Assembly (NCBI GenBank): GCA_965656495.1 | Contig: CBFHKU010000014.1 | Coordinates: 1-32,082, forward strand | Direction: 5' to 3' | DNA from: Coraliomargaritaceae bacterium | GTDB taxonomy: Bacteria > Verrucomicrobiota > Verrucomicrobiia > Opitutales > Coraliomargaritaceae | DNA length: 32,082 bases | Shown here: piece by piece, positions 9,488-18,622 of the stretch | How the letters are laid out: the number at the start of each line of letters is the position of its first letter | Position numbering within the stretch: position 1 is the stretch's first letter | Program-made: the position numbers and the translations under genes | The notes under the pieces: model-generated | The model's database searches: none | Seen by the model: the letters and a program-made list of their open reading frames with translations, nothing else | What the model was told of the DNA's origin: nothing

Positions 9488-10360
9488 ATGAAAAATGTGA
9501 AATTTATACTATCGGTGCTTCTGATCGCTTTCGGTGCGCTCGGTGCGATGGCCGGCGAAGATCCGAATCCTGACGAAATTATAGTCTACAAAGAAACGGA
9601 GCAAGGCAAGTTGTCGTTGCATCTCTTCTATCCTGAAGGACATCAAAGAACCGACAAACTCCCGGTAATTGTGCTCTTTCACGGCGGAGGCTGGAACGGG
9701 GGGACTCCCAAAATGTTTTATCAGCAGTGCGCCTATCTTGCTTCGCGTGGAATCGTTGCGATTACGGCACAATATCGTTTGAAAAAGAAAAATGAAACCA
9801 CACCGATTGAATGTGTGAAAGACGGCAAGTCGGCGATTCGCTGGATTCGTAAAAATGCCGATACAATCGGGGTTGATCCGGACAAAATTATCGCGGGTGG
9901 TGGCTCCGCCGGCGGACACGTTGCGGCGGCAAAGGGAACGGCAACGAGCTTTGAAGAAGAGACGGACGACAAAACCGTCAGCTATTGTCCGCAAGCGCTT
10001 ATCCTCTTTAACCCCGTCTACGACAACAGTGAAACGGGGTATGGGCATTCAAAGGTTAAAGCGTACTGGAAAGAAATTTCACCGATGCACAACCTGACGG
10101 AAAAAACGCCACCAACGCTTGTCATGCTGGGAACCGAAGATGCGCTTATTCCGGTTGCGACCGCACAGGAATATAAGCGTCAGATGGAAGCGCTGGGAAT
10201 CCGTTCGGAACTTGTTTTGTATGCAGGAGAACCGCACGGATTTTTTAATTACTCGAAAAACAAAAAAATGTATCAGGAAACCATCGAGGAAGCAGCCCGC
10301 TTTTTGACTTCGCTAGGGTATCTTGAGCCCATTGAGAAACAGGATTCAGGAGCGAAATGA
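9488..10360 (+). CDS. Secreted alpha/beta-hydrolase (HGGG-type esterase, probable carbohydrate acetylesterase)
   Basis: FHGGGW, GGSAGG, GTED and PHGF motifs. AGGAG RBS before ATG 9488. Confidence 0.9.
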   Translation: MKNVKFILSVLLIAFGALGAMAGEDPNPDEIIVYKETEQGKLSLHLFYPEGHQRTDKLPVIVLFHGGGWNGGTPKMFYQQCAYLASRGIVAITAQYRLKKKNETTPIECVKDGKSAIRWIRKNADTIGVDPDKIIAGGGSAGGHVAAAKGTATSFEEETDDKTVSYCPQALILFNPVYDNSETGYGHSKVKAYWKEISPMHNLTEKTPPTLVMLGTEDALIPVATAQEYKRQMEALGIRSELVLYAGEPHGFFNYSKNKKMYQETIEEAARFLTSLGYLEPIEKQDSGAK

Positions 10361-12015
10361 GAAATCCTAAATCTAAAATTTGGATGCTTCTTTTGGGGCT
10401 TGCCTTGTGTGCGACAGCGGCGCAAAGGCCGAATATTATTCTGATTATGTCGGATGATATGGGCTACACTGATCTCGGCTGTTACGGCGGCGAAATTAAA
10501 ACGCCGAACCTGGATCAGTTGTCCGCAGATGAACTTCGCTTTACCGAGTTCTACAACACCGGCCGTTGCTGTCCAACCCGCGCGTCTTTGCTGACGGGGC
10601 TTTATCCGCATCAGGCGGGAATCGGGCATATGATGACCCCGACCGATGCACCGGGCTATCAGGGTGACCTCAACGAAAATTGCGTAACGATCGCGCAGGC
10701 GCTCAAGCCGGCGGGCTATTCGACCTATATGGTCGGTAAATGGCACGTCACCAAAGTGACCACCGCCGAGACCGAAGATCAAAAATATAACTGGCCGCTT
10801 CAGCGTGGCTTCGATCGCTACTACGGAATCATTAACGGTGCATCCAGCCTGTGGGATCCCAACTCGCTGACGCGCGACAACACCCGGATTACGATTAAAA
10901 ACGACCCCGAATATAAGCCGGCTGAAAAATACCATTTCACCGATGCGATTAGCGATAACGCCGTCCGCTATATTAAAGAGAACGAGCAAGGGAAGCCGTT
11001 CTTTATGTATGTTGCGTATACTGCCGCGCACTGGCCGATGCATGTCCGCGAGAAGGATATTGCCGCATACAAAGGCGTGTATGACAACGGATACACACCG
11101 CACCGCGAAGCCAGTCTCACGCGAGCCAAAAAACTGGGCGTGGTTAAAGCCGACGCTGAACTCTCCGAACAGGTGGGTGACTGGGACGCGGTTGAAGATA
11201 AAGAGTGGGAAGCGCGCTGTATGGAAGTGTACGCTGCCATGGTTACGCAAATGGACCGTGGCATTGGTGACATGATCCAGGCCCTTAAAGCAACCGGACA
11301 ACTCGATAATACGCTGGTTCTTTATTTTCAAGACAACGGCGGATGCCCGGAGAAATGCGGTCGCAACGAAAAAGGGCCCCGCGTCGAACGCGCCGCGAAC
11401 CCGCAGTTTCCGCCGATTCCTGACGACGTGGTTCACTATACCGCCTCACGCCCGAAACAGACGCGTGACGGCTGGATAATCCGGCGCGGACACGTGATGC
11501 CCGGACCGGACGACACCTATATCGGCTACGGCCGCAACTGGGCGAATGTCTCCAACACGTCGTTCCGCGAGTATAAAGCCCACATTTACGAAGGCGGAAT
11601 CTCAACCCCGCTCATCGCGCACTGGCCGAATGGTATTAGCGATAAAAATGCAATCCGGAAGAAGCAGTCGCTCCATGTTATCGATTTAATGCCGACCTGC
11701 CTTGAACTCGCCGGCGCAAGCTATCCCGCTGAACTGAAGGGAAAACCGATTACGCCGATGGCGGGCGAAAGCTTCGTCGCCACATTGAAAGAGGATGCGG
11801 AAATTAAGCGCGACGCGCTCTATTTTGAACATAGTAAACGAAACGCCATGCGGAGTGGTGACTGGAAAATTGTAGGTGAAAAAATTCTCCACAAGAAACT
11901 GGGTCCGTCCGGCTGGGAACTTTACAATATCGCAAACGACCGGTCTGAAATGCACAACCTTGCGGCTGAATATCCTGAACGGGTTCAGGAAATGCACGCA
12001 AAATATATGACCTGA
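10357..12015 (+). CDS. Secreted arylsulfatase, probably shortened by about 17 aa through a TGG>TGA change
   Basis: PNIILIMSDDMG, RCCPTRASLLTG, GKWH and AAHWP motifs. The frame continues after the TGA as AEEAKVLPLPSGGKKK* to 12066. Confidence 0.92.
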   Translation: MRNPKSKIWMLLLGLALCATAAQRPNIILIMSDDMGYTDLGCYGGEIKTPNLDQLSADELRFTEFYNTGRCCPTRASLLTGLYPHQAGIGHMMTPTDAPGYQGDLNENCVTIAQALKPAGYSTYMVGKWHVTKVTTAETEDQKYNWPLQRGFDRYYGIINGASSLWDPNSLTRDNTRITIKNDPEYKPAEKYHFTDAISDNAVRYIKENEQGKPFFMYVAYTAAHWPMHVREKDIAAYKGVYDNGYTPHREASLTRAKKLGVVKADAELSEQVGDWDAVEDKEWEARCMEVYAAMVTQMDRGIGDMIQALKATGQLDNTLVLYFQDNGGCPEKCGRNEKGPRVERAANPQFPPIPDDVVHYTASRPKQTRDGWIIRRGHVMPGPDDTYIGYGRNWANVSNTSFREYKAHIYEGGISTPLIAHWPNGISDKNAIRKKQSLHVIDLMPTCLELAGASYPAELKGKPITPMAGESFVATLKEDAEIKRDALYFEHSKRNAMRSGDWKIVGEKILHKKLGPSGWELYNIANDRSEMHNLAAEYPERVQEMHAKYMT

Positions 12016-12093
12016 GCGGAAGAGGCAAAGGTCTTGCCGCTCCCTTCAGGTGGAAAGAAGAAGTAACGTGTGGGGAATTTTGGGAGAAGAGAA

Positions 12094-13701
12094 ATGAAAA
12101 AGATAAAGCATATATTCTGGATGGTTCTGGTTTTGGGCGCATTTGTTGCTGATGCAAAAACGCCGGAAAGAATTCCCGATCCAGCCAAGTTCCCGCGCTA
12201 TAAAACGGACGGAACCGTACCGAACTATCACGGCGAGGCCTTGCCGAATATTATGATTTTCCTGGTGGACGATATGGGCGTGATGGATACCTCCGTGCCG
12301 ATGTTGACCGACGGAAACGGAAACCCCAAACGATACCCGCTCAACGATTATTACCGGACGCCGTCAATGGAGCGTTTGGCGAAACAGGGCATCCGCTTTG
12401 AAACCTTTTACGCGCAGAATACCTGCTCGCCGAGCCGGGTTTCGATTCTGACCGGACAGAATGCATCGCGCCACCGATGTTCGTCATGGATTAAGCCACA
12501 AGAGCGAAATTCGGGGCCATACGATCCGCCGGAATGGGGCTGGGAAGGGATTACGGAAGCGATGTCGATTTTGCCCAAAGAGCTGAAAGCAAAAGGGTAT
12601 CGCACGATCCACGTCGGTAAATCGCATCTGGGGCCATACGACACCTACGCGGAAAACCCGCTGAACCTCGGCTACGATGTGAATGTGGCCGGCACCGCCT
12701 GGGGCGCGCCGCGTTCCTATTATGGGGAAGACCATTATGGATGGCTGCCCAAGCCAAAAGCAAACGCGATGGTCGGACTGGAAAACTATCACGGAACGGA
12801 CACCTTTTTGACCGAAGCCCTGACGCTTGAAGCGATCAAAGAGGTGAAACGTTCGGCGGCGGCAAGCCATCCGTTTTATCTCAACTTCGCGCATTATGCC
12901 GTTCACGGTCCGTTTAAAATGGACCCGCGTTTTGCGGACAATTACGCCGAGAATGAGGCCGATTCGCGTAAGGTTTTCGCCACCATGATCGAAGGTATGG
13001 ATAAATCGCTTGGCGATATGCTCGACTGTTTTGATGAGCTGGGCATTGCCGAAAATACCTTGATCTTTTTCCTGGGCGACAACGGGAGTGATGCCCAGAT
13101 AACTACCGAAGCGGGCGAGGATGCGCGTCTTGTCGTGAAGACAGCGGCACCGTTGCGCGGCAAAAAATCGACTGAATTCGAAGGTGGCTCGCGCGTTCCG
13201 TTTATTGCCGGCTGGGCGAAACCCAACCCGAAAAACAAATGGCAGGAAAAACTGCCGATCGCCACGGGTAAAATCCAGACGCAACTCGGTACGATTAACG
13301 ATTTGTATCCGACGATTATGGAGCTACTCGAACTTCCGGTTCCCGCCGATCATGTCATCGACGGTTGTTCGCTCAAAAAACGCTTGGCCGGCAAATACGA
13401 CACATCCGCACCCAAAGAATTCCTGATGCATTTCCCGCATCGGCATCGGCGGCATTACACCACCACCTTCCGCGACGGTGACTGGAAACTGATTTATTAC
13501 TATGCGCCTGAGATGAATAAAAGAACGTCTCCCTACGCCCTGTTTAATCTGAAAGACGATATGGCTGAATCAAACGACTTGAGCGAAACGAACCCGGAGA
13601 AACTGAGATCCATGGTTCAGGAAATGAATCAAGAACTGACGGCCGATCTTGCGCTCTATCCCGTGAAAGACGGCAAAGAATTGCGTCCGATAATTCCTTA
13701 A
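12094..13701 (+). CDS. Secreted S1 sulfatase
   Basis: PNIMIFLVDDMG, CSPSRVSILTG, HYAVHGP and GDNG motifs. ATG 12094 gives a clean signal peptide. Confidence 0.94.
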   Translation: MKKIKHIFWMVLVLGAFVADAKTPERIPDPAKFPRYKTDGTVPNYHGEALPNIMIFLVDDMGVMDTSVPMLTDGNGNPKRYPLNDYYRTPSMERLAKQGIRFETFYAQNTCSPSRVSILTGQNASRHRCSSWIKPQERNSGPYDPPEWGWEGITEAMSILPKELKAKGYRTIHVGKSHLGPYDTYAENPLNLGYDVNVAGTAWGAPRSYYGEDHYGWLPKPKANAMVGLENYHGTDTFLTEALTLEAIKEVKRSAAASHPFYLNFAHYAVHGPFKMDPRFADNYAENEADSRKVFATMIEGMDKSLGDMLDCFDELGIAENTLIFFLGDNGSDAQITTEAGEDARLVVKTAAPLRGKKSTEFEGGSRVPFIAGWAKPNPKNKWQEKLPIATGKIQTQLGTINDLYPTIMELLELPVPADHVIDGCSLKKRLAGKYDTSAPKEFLMHFPHRHRRHYTTTFRDGDWKLIYYYAPEMNKRTSPYALFNLKDDMAESNDLSETNPEKLRSMVQEMNQELTADLALYPVKDGKELRPIIP

Positions 13702-13714
13702 AAGAGAGAAAAAT

Positions 13715-15115
13715 ATGAAAAGTATCATGAAAAAAATCGCACTTATGACTGCCCTCGCAGCCATGTGTTCCGCCGCACTTTGTGCTGCGGAAAAACCGAA
13801 TGTAATCCTGCTGTTTATCGATGATCTCGGCTACGGCGACATCGGCGTGTTTGGCGCGGAGGACATTCCGACGCCGAATATCGATCGTCTTGCTCAGGAA
13901 GGGGTCGTGCTGACTCAAGCCTATGTCACCAACCCACCGTGCTGCCCGAGCCGGTCGAGCTTAATTATGGGGATGTATGGTCAACACTTCGGCAAATACG
14001 GTATGTCACGCGGGATGCCGATCCCGGACGACAAGCCAACCTTCGCCGAAATTTTCCGTGATCATGGCTACACGACTGGGCAAATCGGGAAGTGGGATAT
14101 CGGCACCAAGTTCCAGGGGCCGACGGCGCGCGGATTTATGGAAGTCGCCAATATCCCGCCGCGCACGGATGATACGAAGAACAACTTTCTCTGCGTCGCC
14201 GAAGACGGCAGCGAGGTATGGGTCACGGAAATCGACGGCGATAACCTGGTCGAGTTTGTGGACCGCAACCGCAAGGCGAACAAGCCGTTCATGATGTATT
14301 GGTCACCGCTGGCGGTGCACTCTCCACACAAAACGATTCCGGAAAAATATCCTGCCCGCACCACCGCGTCGAAAGATCGCCGCAAACTTGCCGGGGGAAT
14401 TGTCTGCATGGATGACCAGGTCGGGAAGTTGCTCGACTATCTGGACCAGCATAAGCTGCGTGAAGAGACGCTTATCATTTTTTCTAGCGACAACGGCGGT
14501 AACGTCAGCGAAGGCGCGAGCTCGGCGCCGTATCGCGGCGGAAAGGGTAAGGGCACCCAGCAAGTGGGTTGGACACTTGCCCCAACAATTGTTTCGTGGC
14601 CGGGAGTGGTTCCGCAAGGCAAGGCCTTTGATGGATTGGCCTGCACGCTCGATTTTTATCCGACCATGCTCGCCGCCGCCGGCCTGCCGATTCCTGAACA
14701 TATCGATGGCTACGATTTGATGCCGTATTTGACCGGCAAGCAAAAGGGCGATGTGCATGAGTATATCTACTGGCTCAATAGTGATCCAAACGATGCTAAA
14801 CACCGTCAATTAGTTGCCGTGCGCCGAAAGGATTGGCGACTGTATCGCCAGAAGGAAACCGATGCGTGGCAGCTGTTTGATCTGGCAAAAGACCCGCGCG
14901 AAGAAACGGACGTGGCGAAGCAGTTTCCTGAAGTGGTCATGCAACTCGCGCAGAAACACGCGAACTGGAAAGAAACATTGATTCCGCGTTGGGAAAAAGA
15001 TCCGAATGCGCCCGAGTATCAGCAGCCGCCCAAGCCGGTGGTAGGCTATGGATGGGAGATCACAAGCGGGAACGTCGTGCATGAGAAAATCGTAAAACAC
15101 GCTCGGAAAAAATAG
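13715..15115 (+). CDS. Secreted arylsulfatase-like S1 sulfatase (paralog of 5551..7017)
   Basis: PNVILLFIDDLG, TNPPCCPSR, SPLAVHSPH and SDNG motifs. Confidence 0.95.
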   Translation: MKSIMKKIALMTALAAMCSAALCAAEKPNVILLFIDDLGYGDIGVFGAEDIPTPNIDRLAQEGVVLTQAYVTNPPCCPSRSSLIMGMYGQHFGKYGMSRGMPIPDDKPTFAEIFRDHGYTTGQIGKWDIGTKFQGPTARGFMEVANIPPRTDDTKNNFLCVAEDGSEVWVTEIDGDNLVEFVDRNRKANKPFMMYWSPLAVHSPHKTIPEKYPARTTASKDRRKLAGGIVCMDDQVGKLLDYLDQHKLREETLIIFSSDNGGNVSEGASSAPYRGGKGKGTQQVGWTLAPTIVSWPGVVPQGKAFDGLACTLDFYPTMLAAAGLPIPEHIDGYDLMPYLTGKQKGDVHEYIYWLNSDPNDAKHRQLVAVRRKDWRLYRQKETDAWQLFDLAKDPREETDVAKQFPEVVMQLAQKHANWKETLIPRWEKDPNAPEYQQPPKPVVGYGWEITSGNVVHEKIVKHARKK

Positions 15116-15167
15116 CATCCGCTGAGTGGACGGTCCGGCTAGGCTTTTCGACATGGGATAGGAGCAT

Positions 15168-15230
15168 ATGAAGAAATAAATATTATAAGTACTGGCCTTT
15201 CTGGGCAGCTTGACGGTTACAGGGGCGACT
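15168..15230 (+). pseudogene. Eroded signal-peptide relic
   Basis: AGGAG RBS, then MKK*IL*VLAFLGSLTVTGA. Confidence 0.4.
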
Positions 15231-15257
15231 CGATACCCACTTTCTCGGAGAAATGAT

Positions 15258-15281
15258 CCCGCACATTTGTGCGGGTTGTGC
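15258..15281 (+). promoter_or_regulatory. Box A palindrome with perfect arms, upstream of the oxidoreductase operon
   Basis: CCCGCACA-TT-TGTGCGGG (15258-15275) abuts TTGTGC. The -10 element is weak. Confidence 0.7.
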
Positions 15282-15362
15282 CGGTCGAAGTTTTTTGAGA
15301 ACATGACATTACTATTGATCTCCGCGCAGCAAGCGCATAAACTTATTTCAACTAACAATGCT

Positions 15363-16751
15363 ATGAGTAAGCTAAATCGACGTTCCTTTCTTCAAAAATC
15401 TGCGGTGACTGCTGCGGGCGCATTCGTGCTTCCGCGTTTTTCGATCGGCAAGCCGGGTCCCTCCGCGAACAGTAAAATGAACGTGGCTATGATCGGGGCG
15501 GGTAATATTGCGAAGAGCTCATTTGCGGGCTGTCAGAGCGAGAATATTGTCGCGCTGTGTGATATCGACAGCAGGCAGTTTGGTCAGTATGCCAACAAGT
15601 TTCCGCAACTGACCAAGGCGAGGACCTTTGCTGATTTCCGCGTGATGCTGGATAAAATGGGCAAGGAGATTGATGGCGTTTGCATTAATACACCCGACCA
15701 CACGCACTTCGTTGCGACCATTGATGCCATGCAGCGTGGTCTCCACGTCTGCACGCAGAAGCCGCTGTCGCATAATATATGGGAATCACGTACCCTGAAG
15801 AAAGCGAAGGACAAGTATGGTGTCGTCACGAATATGGGCAACCAGGGGCATACCTATGACGGTATTCGCAAGATGCGTGAATGGTATGACGCGGGTGTGT
15901 TCGGTCAGGTGCGTGAAGTGCATCTGGGCTACCCGGGGCCGGATTGGGATCTTAAATGGTTTACGAAGCCGGCGAAGATGCCCTTGCCGAAGCAAGCGAT
16001 CCCTGACGAAGTCGATTGGGATCTATGGCTCGGGCCGGCAAAGCATACGCCTTATAACAGTGCCTACCATCCACTTACATGGCGTGGTTTCTATGATTAT
16101 GGAACCGCACAACTTGGAGATTGGTTCTGCCACATCGGCGATGGACCTGTCTGGACGCTGGATCTCTACGAACCGACGGTGGTCGAGTGTGTGGAGCGTG
16201 GCCCCTCGCTTGAAGGTATGATGCCGGATTACTCGGTCATACGTTTTGACTTCCCGGCGCGTGGTGAGAAGGAAGCGTGCACGATGTATTGGTATGACGG
16301 TCACCCGAAAAATGGTGCGAAGAGAATTAAAGTGCCGGCTGAGTGGGATCTGGGTAAGCCGCAAATGTCGGGATCTTATTGGTATGGGGATAAGCAAAAC
16401 GGTTATCTGGATAACCGTTCCAACAATCCACGCCTCTCAACCAAGCAAGCGATGATGGAGTTCAACAAGGGGGCGGACATTCCGCAAACCTATGAGCGTG
16501 TCAAGCAGCGTGGTCCGCACGCCGAGTGGGTTGCCGCCGTGAAGGGTGATATCAAGGAATGTGGTTCGAATTTCGACTATGCCGCACCGATGTCAGAGGT
16601 GGGCTTACTCGGGGTCTTGGCTCAACGCTTTGGTGGTCGTATCGAATGGGATCCGGTCAAGGGGGAGGTCACGAACCGCCCCGAGCTCAATGCATATGTG
16701 CGCGCCCCCGTCCGTAAGGGCTGGGAATACGGCGAGGATCTCTGGAGCTAA
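15363..16751 (+). CDS. Tat-exported Gfo/Idh/MocA family NAD(P)-dependent oxidoreductase
   Basis: MSKLNRRSFLQ Tat motif, IGAGNIA, TPDHTH, QKPL, NMGNQG, WDLWLGPA and WRGFYDYGT. The start is placed at 15363 rather than 15210. Confidence 0.93.
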   Translation: MSKLNRRSFLQKSAVTAAGAFVLPRFSIGKPGPSANSKMNVAMIGAGNIAKSSFAGCQSENIVALCDIDSRQFGQYANKFPQLTKARTFADFRVMLDKMGKEIDGVCINTPDHTHFVATIDAMQRGLHVCTQKPLSHNIWESRTLKKAKDKYGVVTNMGNQGHTYDGIRKMREWYDAGVFGQVREVHLGYPGPDWDLKWFTKPAKMPLPKQAIPDEVDWDLWLGPAKHTPYNSAYHPLTWRGFYDYGTAQLGDWFCHIGDGPVWTLDLYEPTVVECVERGPSLEGMMPDYSVIRFDFPARGEKEACTMYWYDGHPKNGAKRIKVPAEWDLGKPQMSGSYWYGDKQNGYLDNRSNNPRLSTKQAMMEFNKGADIPQTYERVKQRGPHAEWVAAVKGDIKECGSNFDYAAPMSEVGLLGVLAQRFGGRIEWDPVKGEVTNRPELNAYVRAPVRKGWEYGEDLWS

Positions 16752-16782
16752 GCCGAGGCTGCGCTCGCTGCGCAGCTTCGGT
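16752..16782. terminator. GC-rich hairpin (terminator, RNA stabiliser or REP-like element)
   Basis: GCCGAGGCTGCG / CGCAGCTTCGGT form a 12-bp stem with two G-U pairs directly after the stop. The U-tract is poor. Confidence 0.45.
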
Positions 16783-16819
16783 AGTTTGACAGAACCCCAT
16801 AAGCCAATAGGTGATAGAA

Positions 16820-18406
16820 ATGAAACGCCTCATCACACTCATTGCAGGGATACTCTGTTTAATCCAGGCGCATGCGAACGATCAGCGTCCCCTTCGACAA
16901 GCTCAGGGCAGCCCAAATATTCTCTGGATCTTTACCGATGACCATTCCTATCAGACTTTGGGTGCGTATGGCGATCCGCGCTTTGAGGGAATCGACATCA
17001 CTCCGAATCTGGATAAGATGGCCGAGGATGGGATGCGCTTCGACCGTTGTTATGTCGGGAACTCGATCTGTTCGCCATCGCGAGCGACTTTACTGACCGG
17101 CAAACACAGTCATAAAAACGGGAAATATACCAATGAGGATCGGTTCGACCATAATCAGCCACAATTCCAAAAGCTGTTAAGCGCCAATGGCTACCAGACG
17201 GTCATGATTGGTAAGATCCATATCGGCGGCCAGTTTCAAGGCTTTGATTATTGGGAAGTGCTGAGTGGACAAGGGCATTATAACGATCCGTTCTTCTTGA
17301 CTGCAGGCGGCAAACGGATCGACCGCAAAGGGTATACGACCGACATCATCACCGAGCAGTCGATTGATTGGTTGAAAAACCGGCGCGATCCGAACAAGCC
17401 GTTTATGCTGATGGTGCATCACAAAGCGCCGCATCGAAACTGGCAACCGGCAGTACGCCATATGGATCTGTATCAGGACTTCGATTTTGAACTGCCGGAC
17501 AACTTTTGGGACGACTATGCGAATCGTGGGACCGCGGCACTAGATCAGGATATGTCGATCGATCAATCGATGTCCATGATTGGCGATTTGAAAGTCATCG
17601 CGGACTGTCCTCCAAACGCAGAGTTTGGGAAGGCGCTCAAAAAAGAGCAGTATACGAGACGGAACGAATATTTTAAGAAACATCGCCCGACAGGCAAAGA
17701 TTTGGTGGCGTGGAAATACCAATTATACCTCAAAGACTATTTGCGCTGCATCAAGGCGGTCGATGAGGGTATTGGGGATCTTCGCGACACGTTGGAAGCG
17801 TTGGGCCTCGATGAAAACACGGTTGTGATCTATTCTTCGGACCAGGGTTTTTATATGGGCGAGCACGGCTGGTTTGATAAGCGCTTTATGTATGAAGAGT
17901 CCTTCCGCACTCCCTTGCTGGTTGATTGGCCGGGCGTGGTAAAGCCGGGTTCAGTGAATACCGATTTGGCACAGAACATCGACTTTGCGCCGACCTTCCT
18001 CGATATTGCGGGCCTGGCGGTTCCGGAGGATATGCAGGGTGTATCGCTCGTGCCTCTGCTTGAGGGGGAAACGCCTAAGGATTGGCGCGGGAGCCTCTAT
18101 TACCATTATTATGAATACCCGGGCTGGCACAGTGTGAAGCGGCATGAAGGTGCCTTCGACAAACGCTTCAAGCTGATTCGCTATTACGGAAAAGATGTCG
18201 AAAACGGCGAAGAGTGGGAGTTCTTCGACCTGGAAAGAGATCCGTCCGAGATGAAGAGCGAGTATAACAACCCCGAGTATGCGGGAGAGCTTGCGCGGAT
18301 GAAAAAAGAGCTTGAGAATCTCCGAGAACTCTACGACGTTCCGGATGAAGCACTTCCTCAAGATCGCGAATGGATCAAACCGGGGCAGCAGGCGAAGAAG
18401 CAATAA
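16820..18406 (+). CDS. Secreted N-acetylglucosamine-6-sulfatase-like S1 sulfatase
   Basis: SICSPSRATLLTGKHSH, HKAPHRNW, SDQGFYMGEHGWFDKRFMYEES and YYHYYEYPGWH motifs. Confidence 0.95.
   Translation: MKRLITLIAGILCLIQAHANDQRPLRQAQGSPNILWIFTDDHSYQTLGAYGDPRFEGIDITPNLDKMAEDGMRFDRCYVGNSICSPSRATLLTGKHSHKNGKYTNEDRFDHNQPQFQKLLSANGYQTVMIGKIHIGGQFQGFDYWEVLSGQGHYNDPFFLTAGGKRIDRKGYTTDIITEQSIDWLKNRRDPNKPFMLMVHHKAPHRNWQPAVRHMDLYQDFDFELPDNFWDDYANRGTAALDQDMSIDQSMSMIGDLKVIADCPPNAEFGKALKKEQYTRRNEYFKKHRPTGKDLVAWKYQLYLKDYLRCIKAVDEGIGDLRDTLEALGLDENTVVIYSSDQGFYMGEHGWFDKRFMYEESFRTPLLVDWPGVVKPGSVNTDLAQNIDFAPTFLDIAGLAVPEDMQGVSLVPLLEGETPKDWRGSLYYHYYEYPGWHSVKRHEGAFDKRFKLIRYYGKDVENGEEWEFFDLERDPSEMKSEYNNPEYAGELARMKKELENLRELYDVPDEALPQDREWIKPGQQAKKQ
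16889..16911 (+). repeat. In-frame 23-bp palindromic element, copy 2
   Basis: CCCCTTCGACAAGCTCAGGGCAG, read as QRPLRQAQGSPN. Confidence 0.9.
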
Positions 18407-18408
18407 CG

Positions 18409-18583
18409 ATGAGAAGACTTATTTATCTGGCAGTTTTGGGCTTTTGCATGGCTTGTAGTGTCCATGCTGCAGAGAAGCCTAATGTGCTGTTTATCGCCAT
18501 TGACGATCTACGCCCGAACCTCGGTTGCTACGGCGATGAATGAATTGAGTGCAAAAATTAAACAGGCGTATCCCGCCTTTTAA
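18409..18583 (+). pseudogene. Internally deleted iduronate-sulfatase-like sulfatase
   Basis: MRRLIYLAVLGFCMACSVHAAEKPNVLFIAIDDLRPNLGCYGDE* (18409-18543) is joined to a C-terminus-like ELSAKIKQAYPAF* (18542-18583). Confidence 0.85.
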
Positions 18584-18622
18584 GCAGGCGCGACGACATA
18601 CGATTAAAATAAGGAGAAAATT

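Noticed and set aside
10273..11436. Long antisense ORFs (387 aa here; also 2762..3406, 6370..7098, 12484..13284, 25704..26387)
   Set aside because: These are shadows of well-supported plus-strand genes and have no recognisable motifs.
12013..12015. TGA recoding (Trp or Sec)
   Set aside because: TGG is used throughout and TGA terminates other genes (e.g. 9128, 10360, 28277). The position is not a catalytic Cys site.
15210..15362. N-terminal extension of the oxidoreductase in the ORF track
   Set aside because: It overlaps the promoter box, and the Tat motif indicates a start at 15363.
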